Of a DNA stretch of 64,000 nt, positions 1 through 9,365 are shown one piece after another. The DNA is taken from positions 4,197-68,196 of IMG/VR virus record IMGVR_UViG_3300046779_000717. The stretch is one strand, 5' to 3'. The notes under the pieces were generated by a model that was not told the DNA's origin, searched no databases, and saw only the letters and a program-made list of their open reading frames with translations. The position numbers were made by a program, and so were the translations under genes. Numbering within the stretch: position 1 is the first letter of the stretch; every line of letters begins with the position of its first letter. Source of the DNA: a virus. Taxonomy: Duplodnaviria; Caudoviricetes.

Positions 1-17
1 TACACAAAAGAAACATT

Positions 18-308
18 ATGAGTGCACTAATTAGTTTATCAATCGACGTGACCAAGATCACAAGAAGCAAAATCAAGGACGGCAAGTACCTTGAAGTAAC
101 CATCTCTGTAGATGACCAAACCAACCAATGGGGCAAGAACGCATCCATCTATGAGTCGCAGACAAAAGAGGAACGCGAATCTAAGGCCTCTAAGACGTAC
201 ATCGGAGGTGGAAAGGTAGTTTGGACTACCGGAACCATTTCAGTGGCTGAGAAAGCCTCTAATGAGCCCAAGAGGGCAAATCCTCCAACCGAGGAGTTAC
301 CATTCTAA
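18..308 (+). CDS. Putative ssDNA-binding protein (small Bacteroidota-phage type)
   Basis: 96 aa, beta-rich N-terminus, flexible C-terminus ending in acidic-aromatic EELPF like SSB tails; lies in the replication module. Confidence 0.5.
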   Translation: MSALISLSIDVTKITRSKIKDGKYLEVTISVDDQTNQWGKNASIYESQTKEERESKASKTYIGGGKVVWTTGTISVAEKASNEPKRANPPTEELPF

Positions 309-343
309 CAAACCAAGACACTGGCACGAGGGACCACCCCTTG

Positions 344-557
344 TGCCGATGTGTCGGTTTTTAGCCCCTCTATTCTCTATATATATTTTTATACTATTTA
401 CTTTTTTCTTTCAAAAAGTAATAAGAAGGGTAAAAATCGACACTAAAAAGCTAAGTAAAAGAAAATCAATGCGTTTGATTGTGTCGTTTTATTTTGAAAT
501 CGACACTAACTCGACACAAACGCCAAAAAATCGACACAAAATGAGAAAAATCGACAC
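344..557. repeat. Origin-like element A: iteron-like TCGACAC repeats with AT-rich tract
   Basis: TCGACAC at 437, 500, 511, 531, 551, usually preceded by an A-run; inverted GTGTCG at 351 and 481; AT/pyrimidine tract at about 368-420; near-IHF consensus AATCAATGCGTTT at 464-476. Confidence 0.6.
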
Positions 558-1170
558 AAATACAGTAATATTGCTGGGCCATTATGGATCCGACCAGGTC
601 ATTGCACAGTCCGCTTGGACATCTACATCAAGAGATTTAAGCGAGGAGAAGATAGCACGCATACCAAAGTTGATCGAGATGCTTTGGACAGAGGGACATG
701 AAAGTCCCTTTGAGAAAGGAAACGTACACTTCTTGGTTACATGTGACATTGCATCACACATTCATTTGTTGAAGCACCGGATCGCATCAATCAATGCAGA
801 GTCAGCAAGATATAAAGAGTTGAAAGAAGATAAGTATTACATACCGGACGATTGGAGTGATGAATGGGCTAATCGCCTTAAGTCTTTTACTGAAATGAGC
901 AATCAGCATTACCATCAGTGTTTGGAAGATCTAACTCCTTTGATAGGTCGTAAGCGTGCCAAGGAGAGTGCACGATTCTTCAAGACGTACAACTCACAGA
1001 TTACTGCTGACGTGCAATTCAACATGCGTTCCTTTGCCAACTTCCTTAAACTTAGGGCCTCAGAGCACGCACAAGTAGAGATAAGAGACATCGCATGGGA
1101 GATGTATAGACTAGTAGAGGGCATCGAGGGTAATCCATTCAAGCACACACTTAAAATGATTAAGCCATGA
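541..1170 (+). CDS. thyX: Flavin-dependent thymidylate synthase
   Basis: ThyX motif variant KHRIASINAESARY, plus N-terminal GSDQVIAQSAWTS, GHESPFE and FLKLRASEHAQVEIR; start moved to ATG 541 because the upstream part of the tracked ORF is the repeat region. Confidence 0.93.
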   Translation: MRKIDTNTVILLGHYGSDQVIAQSAWTSTSRDLSEEKIARIPKLIEMLWTEGHESPFEKGNVHFLVTCDIASHIHLLKHRIASINAESARYKELKEDKYYIPDDWSDEWANRLKSFTEMSNQHYHQCLEDLTPLIGRKRAKESARFFKTYNSQITADVQFNMRSFANFLKLRASEHAQVEIRDIAWEMYRLVEGIEGNPFKHTLKMIKP

Positions 1171-1343
1171 TAATAAGGGTAAAACACAAAGACACCGAGA
1201 TTGAGATTGATGACAAGGACAATGGGACAACCATCAAGTATTCAACTGGCGAATTGATTAAAGTGCTTGAAAAAATGTCACTAGAAATTCAAGCAATAGA
1301 AAACAACTATAATCAAACAACCTACGAAAATGAAACAAACTAG
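1167..1343 (+). CDS. Hypothetical protein (58 aa, not in ORF track)
   Basis: ATGA overlap with the thyX stop; open frame MIIRVKHKDTEIEID... to TAG 1341-1343. Confidence 0.7.
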   Translation: MIIRVKHKDTEIEIDDKDNGTTIKYSTGELIKVLEKMSLEIQAIENNYNQTTYENETN

Positions 1344-1548
1344 CAAAGAGTGGTTAGAAGACATAGAAGGAACCATCATACAACCAAAACCAAAAAAGGT
1401 AGTAGGATGGTATTGCTTATCCAGTAAGATTATGGTAAATACTATTGCATTTGCTACACATAGTAAGCCTAACTTTATTAAAAGATTCTTTATGAGAACT
1501 TTATTAGATTTTTATTGGGTTAAAGACACAAACCATGACAAACAATAA
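1330..1548 (+). CDS. Hypothetical protein
   Basis: 72 aa, overlaps neighbours in operon fashion; MKQTSKEWL start resembles the KQTAVEWL family. Confidence 0.65.
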   Translation: MKQTSKEWLEDIEGTIIQPKPKKVVGWYCLSSKIMVNTIAFATHSKPNFIKRFFMRTLLDFYWVKDTNHDKQ

Positions 1549-1819
1549 ACAACAGAAGGCAATGAAACTATACACAGAAGATCAAGTATTAAAAATGTTT
1601 GAAGTTTGTAGGGATACAGACTTATACGAACACGTTCTTACATTTGAAGACATCCTAAAAACTCAAAATCCCATTGAGCTAATGACGTATGATGAGTTAA
1701 TGTATATCATCGAGCCATTGCTAAACACAACGGACGAGTTCGACAAGGGGGTTAGACATGGTGTACAATGGATACTAGAAAAAATACAGGGCCATGACAA
1801 AGATCAAGATAGAGGTTGA
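1535..1819 (+). CDS. Hypothetical protein, MTNNKQQ-leader family
   Basis: Begins with the same ATGACAAACAATAAACAACA cassette as the genes at 63197, 63659 and 63883. Confidence 0.7.
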   Translation: MTNNKQQKAMKLYTEDQVLKMFEVCRDTDLYEHVLTFEDILKTQNPIELMTYDELMYIIEPLLNTTDEFDKGVRHGVQWILEKIQGHDKDQDRG

Positions 1820-2036
1820 GTTTGAAGTAGACGACTTCTGGTGTGCAAACTCTGAGGACCAAGAAGAAAGAGATTGGTTCTGGAAAGAGATTCTACCGAA
1901 TGCCACATTAATACTTCACAGCAACGAGGTTGGCGATGAAATAGCGTCAACAAATGAGTTAAAAATCAAATCATCCATAAACCCAGTCTTTTTTAAAGGT
2001 ATGGACAATAAACATTTTATAATCATAGACGAATGA
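1794..2036 (+). CDS. Hypothetical protein
   Basis: 80 aa, overlapping operon arrangement. Confidence 0.65.
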   Translation: MTKIKIEVEFEVDDFWCANSEDQEERDWFWKEILPNATLILHSNEVGDEIASTNELKIKSSINPVFFKGMDNKHFIIIDE

Positions 2037-2266
2037 ACGAACTACCAAGACTAGACAAGTGCTCCTTTACATTTAACCAAACGGGCAACTGCAATGGAAC
2101 AACTGATGACTACGAGGAGCTTATCATCGAGTGCGAATCGTCGCTTGGCATTGACAACGACGATGGATGCTTCTATGTTCTAAAGACGACCACCGGATGG
2201 AGCATGGATAGCGTAGATGAACTACAGAAATTATTTGACAGAATACAAAAAGCAATAAACAAATGA
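2033..2266 (+). CDS. Hypothetical protein
   Basis: 77 aa, ATGA overlaps at both ends. Confidence 0.7.
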   Translation: MNELPRLDKCSFTFNQTGNCNGTTDDYEELIIECESSLGIDNDDGCFYVLKTTTGWSMDSVDELQKLFDRIQKAINK

Positions 2267-2556
2267 GTAAATTGAACCAATCCAAAATACTACTGCATAC
2301 TTTCACGTACAAGCTAGTGAGAGAGCGGGACGGACTCGTTGTTTCCGGAAGGGACGTCGCGTGGATAGAATGGAACCAAGAAGGAAGGTTTGACAAAAAA
2401 CATGGGTCTCCTGCAGTTGGCCTATCTCTTATCGTAGATCCGCAAAGGATTAACTTCACGTGGCTGACCACGCCGATAACCGTGATAGTGGAAGAGAGAG
2501 ACGAATACGTCAAGTTCAAAACGGAAAACAGCACATACGAATTATTTAAATACTAA
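2263..2556 (+). CDS. Hypothetical protein
   Basis: 97 aa, ATGA overlap; beta-rich, ends FKTENSTYELF. Confidence 0.7.
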   Translation: MSKLNQSKILLHTFTYKLVRERDGLVVSGRDVAWIEWNQEGRFDKKHGSPAVGLSLIVDPQRINFTWLTTPITVIVEERDEYVKFKTENSTYELFKY

Positions 2557-2557
2557 C

Positions 2558-2761
2558 ATGCCGGACATAACTATGTGTAAAGGCATTGACTGCCCGATGA
2601 AGGAGTCATGCCATCGATTTACGTCGAAGCCAGACGAATACCAGTCTTACTTTACGGAGTCTCCAGTAAAAGACGGAAAGTGTAAAATGTATTGGGGAGA
2701 TGCCGCACAAGACATCTACGACGCATTAAAAGAGATAGTAAGTGGTTCTAGAAATACATAA
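2558..2761 (+). CDS. Small Cys-rich (possible metal-binding) protein
   Basis: MPDITMCKGIDCPMKESCHRF...CKMYW, four conserved-looking Cys. Confidence 0.7.
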   Translation: MPDITMCKGIDCPMKESCHRFTSKPDEYQSYFTESPVKDGKCKMYWGDAAQDIYDALKEIVSGSRNT

Positions 2762-2927
2762 GTGCACAGCAAGGCAGTACGCCATGCTGATCATGAAGGA
2801 CGACCTAAAGTATTCTTACCAGAAGTGTGGAATCAAGCTAGGAATATCTAGATACGCTGCATTTCAAATGTACAAACGAGCAAAAATTAAATTAAATGGG
2901 AAACATAACAATATTCAAGAGCATTAA
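2742..2927 (+). CDS. Small HTH DNA-binding protein
   Basis: YSYQKCGIKLGISRYAAFQMYKRA resembles a sigma-region-4/LuxR-type HTH. Confidence 0.55.
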   Translation: MVLEIHKCTARQYAMLIMKDDLKYSYQKCGIKLGISRYAAFQMYKRAKIKLNGKHNNIQEH

Positions 2928-5292
2928 AGATACCTCTGCTCCTTTCTACAGGTCGGTTGATTATATCATCCACCGTATCAGAGAGGGTAAGTCAAAGGAT
3001 ATCGTAAAGAGAATTAGAGAAGAGAAGGACAAGGACAAGCGAAATCAAATCAAGAAGGAGCTTCCTGCCATCTGTTTCTCCGGCGAGTTCACAAGACGTG
3101 AAGACTCGGCCCTGTTAAACCACTCTGGCGTCATCTGTCTTGACTTTGACGGGTTCGACAAAAAGAGCGACATGCTGGCCAAGAAGGACGAGTTCTCAAA
3201 GGACAAGTACACACTGTCTGTGTTTATCTCTCCATCTGGTGATGGACTCAAGGTTCTAGTAAAGATACCGGCCGATGAGAACAAGCACAAGACATACTTC
3301 AAGGCACTAGAGAAATACTACGCATGCGAGCAGTTTGACAAGACGTCAAAAAACGTGAGCCGTGTGTGCTACGAGTCTTACGACCCGTTGATATACCACA
3401 ACCCAGACTCAAAACTTTGGGACAAGTTAGCCGAGGAAGAGTTTGAGCCGATCGAAAGACCAGCAAATAGAAGCACAATTACGGTTACGGACCAGAACGA
3501 AATCATCAGACGCCTGCGTCTGTGGTGGGATCGAGAGTACGGCATTGTCGTTGGTGAGCGAAACCAGAACGTGTATATATTGGCTGCCGCCTTCAACGAC
3601 TTTGGCGTCAACAAGGAGCTAGCGAACTATGTACTTAACGAATTTGCCCATGACGGATTCCCGTTGTCAGAGATCAAGACCACGATCGACAGCGCTTACC
3701 GTAAGGACATGAACTTCGGCACCAAATTTTTTGAGGACCGCGATGCCATTGATGGTATACGCAGACAGATCAAGAAGGGCGTGCCAAAAAAGGACATACG
3801 TCACCAGCTGAGAGAGTCCGGCCTGAATGACGAGGTAACCGATGCCGTTATATCAAAGATCGAAGAGGACTCGTCAAACAAAGAGTTTTGGACCAAGTCA
3901 TCAAAGGGAGTTGTCTCTGTGGTGCACTATTTATTAAAAGAATTTTTAGAAGATAATGGCTATTTCAAGTATTCGCCGGAGGGCACAAAGAATTATATTT
4001 TTGTTAAGGTTACGAACAACCTTATCTCAAATACTACGGAAGATGAGATAAAGGACTTTGTCCTAGACTATCTGTTCAAGATGGACGACCTGTCTATCTA
4101 TAATCACTTTGCAGACAAGACACGCTACTTCAAGGAGGACTTCTTGTCAATGCTATCTCCTGTTGACGTGTACTTTGTGGAAGACGACAAGGAGAACGCC
4201 TATCTGTACTATCGCAACTGTGCCGTAAAGGTAACGTGCAGCGACATCACCATGATTGACTACGTTGACTTAGGTGGTTATGTATGGAAGGACCAGGTGA
4301 TTGACAGAGACTTCCAGATTTGTGACGACTACGACTGCGACTTTAAGGTGTTCATATCGAATGTCTCCGGTGGTGAAAAGGATCGTATCAGATCGGTAGA
4401 GAGCACAATAGGATTCTTGTTGCATAGCTACAAAAACCTAGGATACTGCCCGGCTGTTATTATTAACGACGAGGTCATCACTGACAATCCAGAGGGTGGA
4501 ACGGGTAAGGGTCTATTCATGAACGCCGTTTCCAGGATGAAGAAGTCAGCCGTTATCGATGGTAAGAGCTTCACCTTTGAGCGTAGCTTTGCGTATCAAA
4601 CCGTATCAACAGACACGCAAATTATCGTGTTTGACGACGTTAGAAGGAACTTTGACTTCGAGAGATTGTTCTCTATTGTAACAGAGGGAATAACGCTTGA
4701 GAAGAAGAACAAGGACGCAATTAAGATTCCTTTCCACAAGTCACCGAAGGTGGTTATCACAACCAACTACGCCATCAAGGGGAAGGGAAACTCTTTCGAG
4801 CGTCGCAAGTGGGAGCTTGAGTTTAAGCAGTACTACAGCAAGGACTTTACGCCACAGGTTGAGTTTGGTAGGTTGTTGTTTGAAGACTGGAACGAAGACG
4901 ACTGGTGCAAGTTTGACAACTACATGGTCAACAACTTGAAGAACTACCTGTGCTTTGGATTTGTACGATCAGATTTCAAGAACTTGAAGACTCGTAAGTT
5001 TATCGCTGAGACAGACCATAACTTCTGGGAGTGGATAACAGACAGAGAGAACAGGTACTTGAAAGTAAATGCCAAGATCTACAAAGAGGACGTACACAGA
5101 GACTTCGTGTTAGACAACCCTGACTACGGCCAGAGAGGTAAGACATCGATATCGTTGAACAAGTTCTACAAGTGGCTTGAAGCTTTCGGCATGTTCTACA
5201 CCGGAGAGACTCCAGAACAGGGACGTGACGGATCTGGTAGATGGATCAAGTTTGTAAAGAGTGAGCCAGAGCAATCAGAATTCGACTTCTAA
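2896..5292 (+). CDS. Primase-helicase (BT4734/VirE-N-like primase, PriCT, SF3/D5-like helicase)
   Basis: N-terminal KKELPAICFSGEF...SGVICLDFD...SPSGDGLK; PriCT-like GERNQNVYILAA; Walker A EGGTGKG, Walker B IIVFDD, motif C ITTN. Confidence 0.88.
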   Translation: MGNITIFKSIKDTSAPFYRSVDYIIHRIREGKSKDIVKRIREEKDKDKRNQIKKELPAICFSGEFTRREDSALLNHSGVICLDFDGFDKKSDMLAKKDEFSKDKYTLSVFISPSGDGLKVLVKIPADENKHKTYFKALEKYYACEQFDKTSKNVSRVCYESYDPLIYHNPDSKLWDKLAEEEFEPIERPANRSTITVTDQNEIIRRLRLWWDREYGIVVGERNQNVYILAAAFNDFGVNKELANYVLNEFAHDGFPLSEIKTTIDSAYRKDMNFGTKFFEDRDAIDGIRRQIKKGVPKKDIRHQLRESGLNDEVTDAVISKIEEDSSNKEFWTKSSKGVVSVVHYLLKEFLEDNGYFKYSPEGTKNYIFVKVTNNLISNTTEDEIKDFVLDYLFKMDDLSIYNHFADKTRYFKEDFLSMLSPVDVYFVEDDKENAYLYYRNCAVKVTCSDITMIDYVDLGGYVWKDQVIDRDFQICDDYDCDFKVFISNVSGGEKDRIRSVESTIGFLLHSYKNLGYCPAVIINDEVITDNPEGGTGKGLFMNAVSRMKKSAVIDGKSFTFERSFAYQTVSTDTQIIVFDDVRRNFDFERLFSIVTEGITLEKKNKDAIKIPFHKSPKVVITTNYAIKGKGNSFERRKWELEFKQYYSKDFTPQVEFGRLLFEDWNEDDWCKFDNYMVNNLKNYLCFGFVRSDFKNLKTRKFIAETDHNFWEWITDRENRYLKVNAKIYKEDVHRDFVLDNPDYGQRGKTSISLNKFYKWLEAFGMFYTGETPEQGRDGSGRWIKFVKSEPEQSEFDF

Positions 5293-6545
5293 TGGAAAAC
5301 AAAATAACATTACGACCATATCAGAAAGCCATAGTAGAGCAGACTTGCGAATTATTGAGGGGAGCCCCTCGTTTTGCATATCTTTCTATGGAGGTTAGGA
5401 CGGGCAAGACCTTAACGGCCTTGTCCGCTCTTGATCATATTGTTGACGTCAACGAAATGGTCTTTGTAACCAAGAAGAAGGCGATCGCTGGCATCCAAAA
5501 GGACTACAAAGCTCTAGCCCCGAAGTATAAGTGCACGTTTATCAACTACGAGAGCCTGCATAAACTCGACGTAAGCAAGATCGACGCCATTGTATTCGAT
5601 GAAGCACATGGCATGGGAGCGTTCCCAAAGCCAAGCAACAGGGCCAAAGAGGCCCGTGCCTTGGTGTTGAAGCACAACCCATATGTATTGTTCTTGTCTG
5701 GAACTCCAAGCCCAGAGTCTTACTCTCAGATGTACCATCAAATGTGGGTGCTTGGATCGAGGTCTCCGTTTACAGAGCCAACGTTCTACAAGTGGGCACA
5801 TACATACGTAAAGGTATGGGAGCGCATGATCAACGGATTTAGAGTGCACGACTACAGTAATGCTTATCAGGAGATGGTCATGGGAGCTTTAAAGCCATAC
5901 ATGATTAGCTACACGCAGAACGAAGCTGGCTTTACGTCAAAGGTTAACGAGCATGTGCTGATGGTAAAGATGAGCGATACTACGTACAAGATTGCAGACA
6001 AGCTGAAGCGTGATTTGGTGTTTGAGGGTAAGAACGACGTTATACTTGCAGACACGCCAGTAAAGCTGATGCAAAAGCTGCACCAGATCTACAGCGGAAC
6101 CATCATTTTGGAGTCGGGGAATAGGTTGGTGTTCGACAACACGAAGGCTGAATTTATAAAAGAAAGGTTTGCGGGTAAACGCATAGCTGTTTTCTACAAG
6201 TTTCAGGCTGAGCTAGAATGCTTGTTGTCTGTATTTCAAGAAGATATGACCACCGATTTAGGAAAATTTCATGCAGGTGAGTGTAACAATTTTGCTATAC
6301 AAATTGTCACTGGGCGTGAGGGAATCTCGCTAAAGGAGGCCGACTTCTTGGTGTACTTCAACATTGATTTCTCCGCCACGTCTTACTGGCAAAGCAGGGA
6401 TCGCCTAACTACGATGGACCGTCTTGAGAATAACGTCTACTGGGTATTTGCAGAGGGTGGCATTGAGGAAAAAATTTATCAAGTTGTGCAGAAAAAAAGA
6501 GCTTACACAGTAAGCCACTTCAAGAAAGATTTGTTAAATTTGTAG
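5292..6545 (+). CDS. Superfamily 2 (SNF2-like) helicase
   Basis: MEVRTGKT (Walker A), DEAH, LSGTP, GREGISL, QSRDR. Confidence 0.88.
   Translation: MENKITLRPYQKAIVEQTCELLRGAPRFAYLSMEVRTGKTLTALSALDHIVDVNEMVFVTKKKAIAGIQKDYKALAPKYKCTFINYESLHKLDVSKIDAIVFDEAHGMGAFPKPSNRAKEARALVLKHNPYVLFLSGTPSPESYSQMYHQMWVLGSRSPFTEPTFYKWAHTYVKVWERMINGFRVHDYSNAYQEMVMGALKPYMISYTQNEAGFTSKVNEHVLMVKMSDTTYKIADKLKRDLVFEGKNDVILADTPVKLMQKLHQIYSGTIILESGNRLVFDNTKAEFIKERFAGKRIAVFYKFQAELECLLSVFQEDMTTDLGKFHAGECNNFAIQIVTGREGISLKEADFLVYFNIDFSATSYWQSRDRLTTMDRLENNVYWVFAEGGIEEKIYQVVQKKRAYTVSHFKKDLLNL
6535..6542 (+). promoter_or_regulatory. Bacteroidota -7 promoter box
   Basis: TAAATTTG matches TAnnTTTG, 7 nt before ATG 6550. Confidence 0.6.
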
Positions 6546-6549
6546 CCCC

Positions 6550-6810
6550 ATGTTAGAATCCAAACTGCAATCGAAGATGATCAAGCTTGCAGAGGAGTCT
6601 GGCTGGTACGTCCTAAAACTTTTGAGTACAAACAAACCAGGGATACCCGATCTGTATATGTATCGGGCGGGAAGAACTGTCTTTGTTGAGGTCAAGAGAG
6701 AGGGCGGAAAGGCCAGGCCATTGCAAGAATATCGAATGAAAGAGCTGAGAGAGATAGGTGTCGAGGCATTAGTCTGCGACTCAATTGAAAAATTTAAAGA
6801 ACTACTATGA
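6550..6810 (+). CDS. VRR-NUC domain nuclease
   Basis: ESKLQSKMI...GIPDL...FVEVKREGGKARPLQ (PD-(D/E)xK). Confidence 0.9.
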   Translation: MLESKLQSKMIKLAEESGWYVLKLLSTNKPGIPDLYMYRAGRTVFVEVKREGGKARPLQEYRMKELREIGVEALVCDSIEKFKELL

Positions 6811-7205
6811 AAAAAATAATATCACAAGCACACGGAATGGCCAAGAGCAAAGGCTTTTGGGAAGGAGAAAGAAACAAGTCTGAATTGTTGATGCTGATCG
6901 TATCAGAATTAGCCGAAGCTATGGAGGCCTTGAGGAAGGATCACTTTGCAGACAAGGTTGCAGCAGAGAGTCTGTATCAAGACATACAGGTTAACCTGTG
7001 GGACGACGAGTACAATATTATGGATGGCCCATGGAAGGCTGGATTTGAAGCAAATATTAAGTCATCATTTGAGGATGAATTGGCTGACGTAGCTATCCGC
7101 TTGTTCGACCTATGCGGTGGTCTTGGTGTGGACCTTGAAAAGCACATCGAATTGAAAATGATGTATAACTCAATGCGTGGTTACAAACACGGTAAGAAAT
7201 TTTAA
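6807..7205 (+). CDS. MazG-like NTP pyrophosphohydrolase
   Basis: LIVSELAEAMEA...EDELADVAIRLFDL, all-alpha NTP-PPase pattern. Confidence 0.85.
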   Translation: MKKIISQAHGMAKSKGFWEGERNKSELLMLIVSELAEAMEALRKDHFADKVAAESLYQDIQVNLWDDEYNIMDGPWKAGFEANIKSSFEDELADVAIRLFDLCGGLGVDLEKHIELKMMYNSMRGYKHGKKF

Positions 7206-7209
7206 AACT

Positions 7210-9066
7210 ATGGAACTAGAAAAAGAAATATTGTCGGACCTCGTTGTGTGGTCAAAGTACGCACGATTCGTGCCTGAATTAAACAGACGTGAAACGTGGC
7301 AAGAGCTTGTTACAAGAAATAAGTCTATGCACTTGAAGAAGTTCCCGGACATGGAGAACGTAATCGAGAAGGCATACGAGTTGGTGTATGACAAGAAGAT
7401 TTTGCCATCAATGCGTTCATTGCAGTTTGGTGGAAGACCAATTGAAGTAAACAACAGTCGCCTGTTCAACTGCAGTTACTTGCATGTTGACGACTATCGT
7501 GCATTCTCTGAGACTATGTTCCTGCTTCTTTGTGGAACTGGTGTTGGATACTCTGTACAAAGCTTCAACATCAACAAGTTGCCAGCGATCTCGAAGGCTT
7601 CAAAGACTCGCAGATACTTGATCGGAGACTCTATCGAAGGATGGGCTGACGCAATCAAGGTGTTGATCAAAGGGTACTTGGGCCTAAGTGCAACTATTCC
7701 TACGTTTGACTTCCGTGCGATCAGAGCAAAGGGTGAGCGATTGATTACGTCTGGTGGTGTAGCTCCAGGACCTGAGCCATTGAAGATTTGCTTGGCACAC
7801 ATTCAGTCTATCTTGGATCGTAAGAAAGATGGAGACAGGCTTACATCTGTTGAGTGTCACGACATCATGTGCTTTATCGCTGACGCGGTATTGAGCGGTG
7901 GTATTAGAAGAAGTGCAATGATTGCTTTATTCGATATCGACGATGAAGACATGCTGACATGCAAGTTTGGCAACTGGTGGGAATTGAATCCACAGCGTGC
8001 ACGTGCAAATAACTCGGCTATCCTAAAGCGTGATAGTGTAAGTAAAGAAGAGTTCTTGGCACTTTGGAAAAAAATTGAGTTGAGCAATTCTGGTGAGCCA
8101 GGTTTTTACTTTAGCGACAACGAAACTATGGGAACCAACCCATGTGCGGAGATTGCCTTGAACCCATTCCAGTTCTGTAACTTGGTAGAAGTAAACGCTT
8201 CTGACGTTAAGAGTCAAGAAGACTTGAACGATCGCGTGTACTGGGCCTCTGTTATTGGAACATTGCAGGCTAGTTACACTGACTTCCATTACTTGCGCCC
8301 CATCTGGAAAGAAACCACAGAACGCGAGGCGTTACTTGGTATCGGCATGACCGGTATTGCTAGCGGAGCTGTTATGAATTTAGACTTGGAGCTTGCGGTT
8401 GGATACGCCTCTATGGCAAATGAAACAGTAAGTGAGCAGATCGGAATTAACAGAGCTGCACGTATTACATGCGTTAAGCCATCTGGCACGTCTTCTCTAG
8501 TATTGGGCACATCTTCTGGCATCCATGCATGGCACGATGACTACTATGTTCGTAGAATGCGTATTGGTAAGAACGAGGCGATCTACACGTACATGTCAAT
8601 CTACCATCCAGATATGTTGGAAGATGATGTGTTCAAGCCGACACAGCAAGCTGTTGTTTCTGTTCCGCAGATGGCACCAGCCGGTGCGATTACTAGAAGC
8701 AGGGAGAACGCAATTGAGTTCTTGGAGCGTGTAAAGTATTTCCATAAGCATTGGATCATGCCAGGCCACTGGACTGGAGACAACACACACAACGTCAGCG
8801 CTACTGTGACCATGAAGAATGACGAATGGCCTGCTGTTGGTGAGTGGTTGTGGGAGAACAAGAAGCACTTCAACGGTCTTTCTTTCTTGCCAGAGGATCT
8901 AGGAACGTATGTTCAAACTCCGTTCGAGACCATCACAAAAGAGAGATACGATCAACTCGTTACAAATCTTAACGCCTTGGACGTAAAAAGTATCGTTGAA
9001 ATGGCAGACAACACAAACTTGACTGACCAAGCTGCTTGTTCAGGTAGTGCTTGCGAAGTTCAATAA
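7210..9066 (+). CDS. nrdJ: Class II (adenosylcobalamin-dependent) ribonucleotide reductase
   Basis: PSMRSLQFGG, NPCAEI, FCNLVEVN, TCVKPSGT, C-terminal CSGSAC; no beta subunit nearby; start at ATG 7210. Confidence 0.9.
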   Translation: MELEKEILSDLVVWSKYARFVPELNRRETWQELVTRNKSMHLKKFPDMENVIEKAYELVYDKKILPSMRSLQFGGRPIEVNNSRLFNCSYLHVDDYRAFSETMFLLLCGTGVGYSVQSFNINKLPAISKASKTRRYLIGDSIEGWADAIKVLIKGYLGLSATIPTFDFRAIRAKGERLITSGGVAPGPEPLKICLAHIQSILDRKKDGDRLTSVECHDIMCFIADAVLSGGIRRSAMIALFDIDDEDMLTCKFGNWWELNPQRARANNSAILKRDSVSKEEFLALWKKIELSNSGEPGFYFSDNETMGTNPCAEIALNPFQFCNLVEVNASDVKSQEDLNDRVYWASVIGTLQASYTDFHYLRPIWKETTEREALLGIGMTGIASGAVMNLDLELAVGYASMANETVSEQIGINRAARITCVKPSGTSSLVLGTSSGIHAWHDDYYVRRMRIGKNEAIYTYMSIYHPDMLEDDVFKPTQQAVVSVPQMAPAGAITRSRENAIEFLERVKYFHKHWIMPGHWTGDNTHNVSATVTMKNDEWPAVGEWLWENKKHFNGLSFLPEDLGTYVQTPFETITKERYDQLVTNLNALDVKSIVEMADNTNLTDQAACSGSACEVQ

Positions 9067-9076
9067 TGAATGAATA

Positions 9077-9115
9077 ATCCGCCATTATTGTCTATTTTGT
9101 ACAGTAATGGCGGGT
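9077..9115. terminator. Long hairpin after nrdJ, probable terminator
   Basis: ATCCGCCATTATTGT (9077-9091) pairs with ACAGTAATGGCGGGT (9101-9115), 15 bp including G-U pairs. Confidence 0.65.
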
Positions 9116-9197
9116 TTATCATGCAAATTCCACGTATTAAATATCCAAAATTGTTAAAAAATCACAAAAATGGCAGATAAGGATTTTGCGAAATGTA

Positions 9198-9227
9198 TTG
9201 CTTTTTGATACTTTTCGCATATATTTG
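9198..9227 (+). promoter_or_regulatory. Bacteroidota promoter driving the ncRNA cluster
   Basis: TTG (9198-9200), 19 nt spacer, TATATTTG (9220-9227). Confidence 0.7.
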
Positions 9228-9240
9228 CTTTAAAATAATT

Positions 9241-9350
9241 AGCCCAAAGTACACGGGATCGAAAACAGGAGGGCATACCGTAAGATCTGCTCACTCGTCC
9301 TCTGAATCGTTAGTCAGCATAGTTATCGGGTTCTATGGTATGCGATAAGC
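9241..9350 (+). ncRNA. Candidate structured RNA with loop-loop pseudoknot
   Basis: Stems GAGGGC/GTCCTC (9269-74/9297-302) and TTATCG/CGATAA (9323-28/9343-48); loops ATACCGTA (9275-82) and TATGGTAT (9334-41) are complementary. Confidence 0.5.
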
Positions 9351-9365
9351 GAAAAACTCGGCAAT

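Noticed and set aside
262-540. N-terminal extension of ThyX in the ORF track
   Set aside because: It translates the AT-rich iteron region (low-complexity F/I/K runs); ThyX similarity starts at ATG 541.
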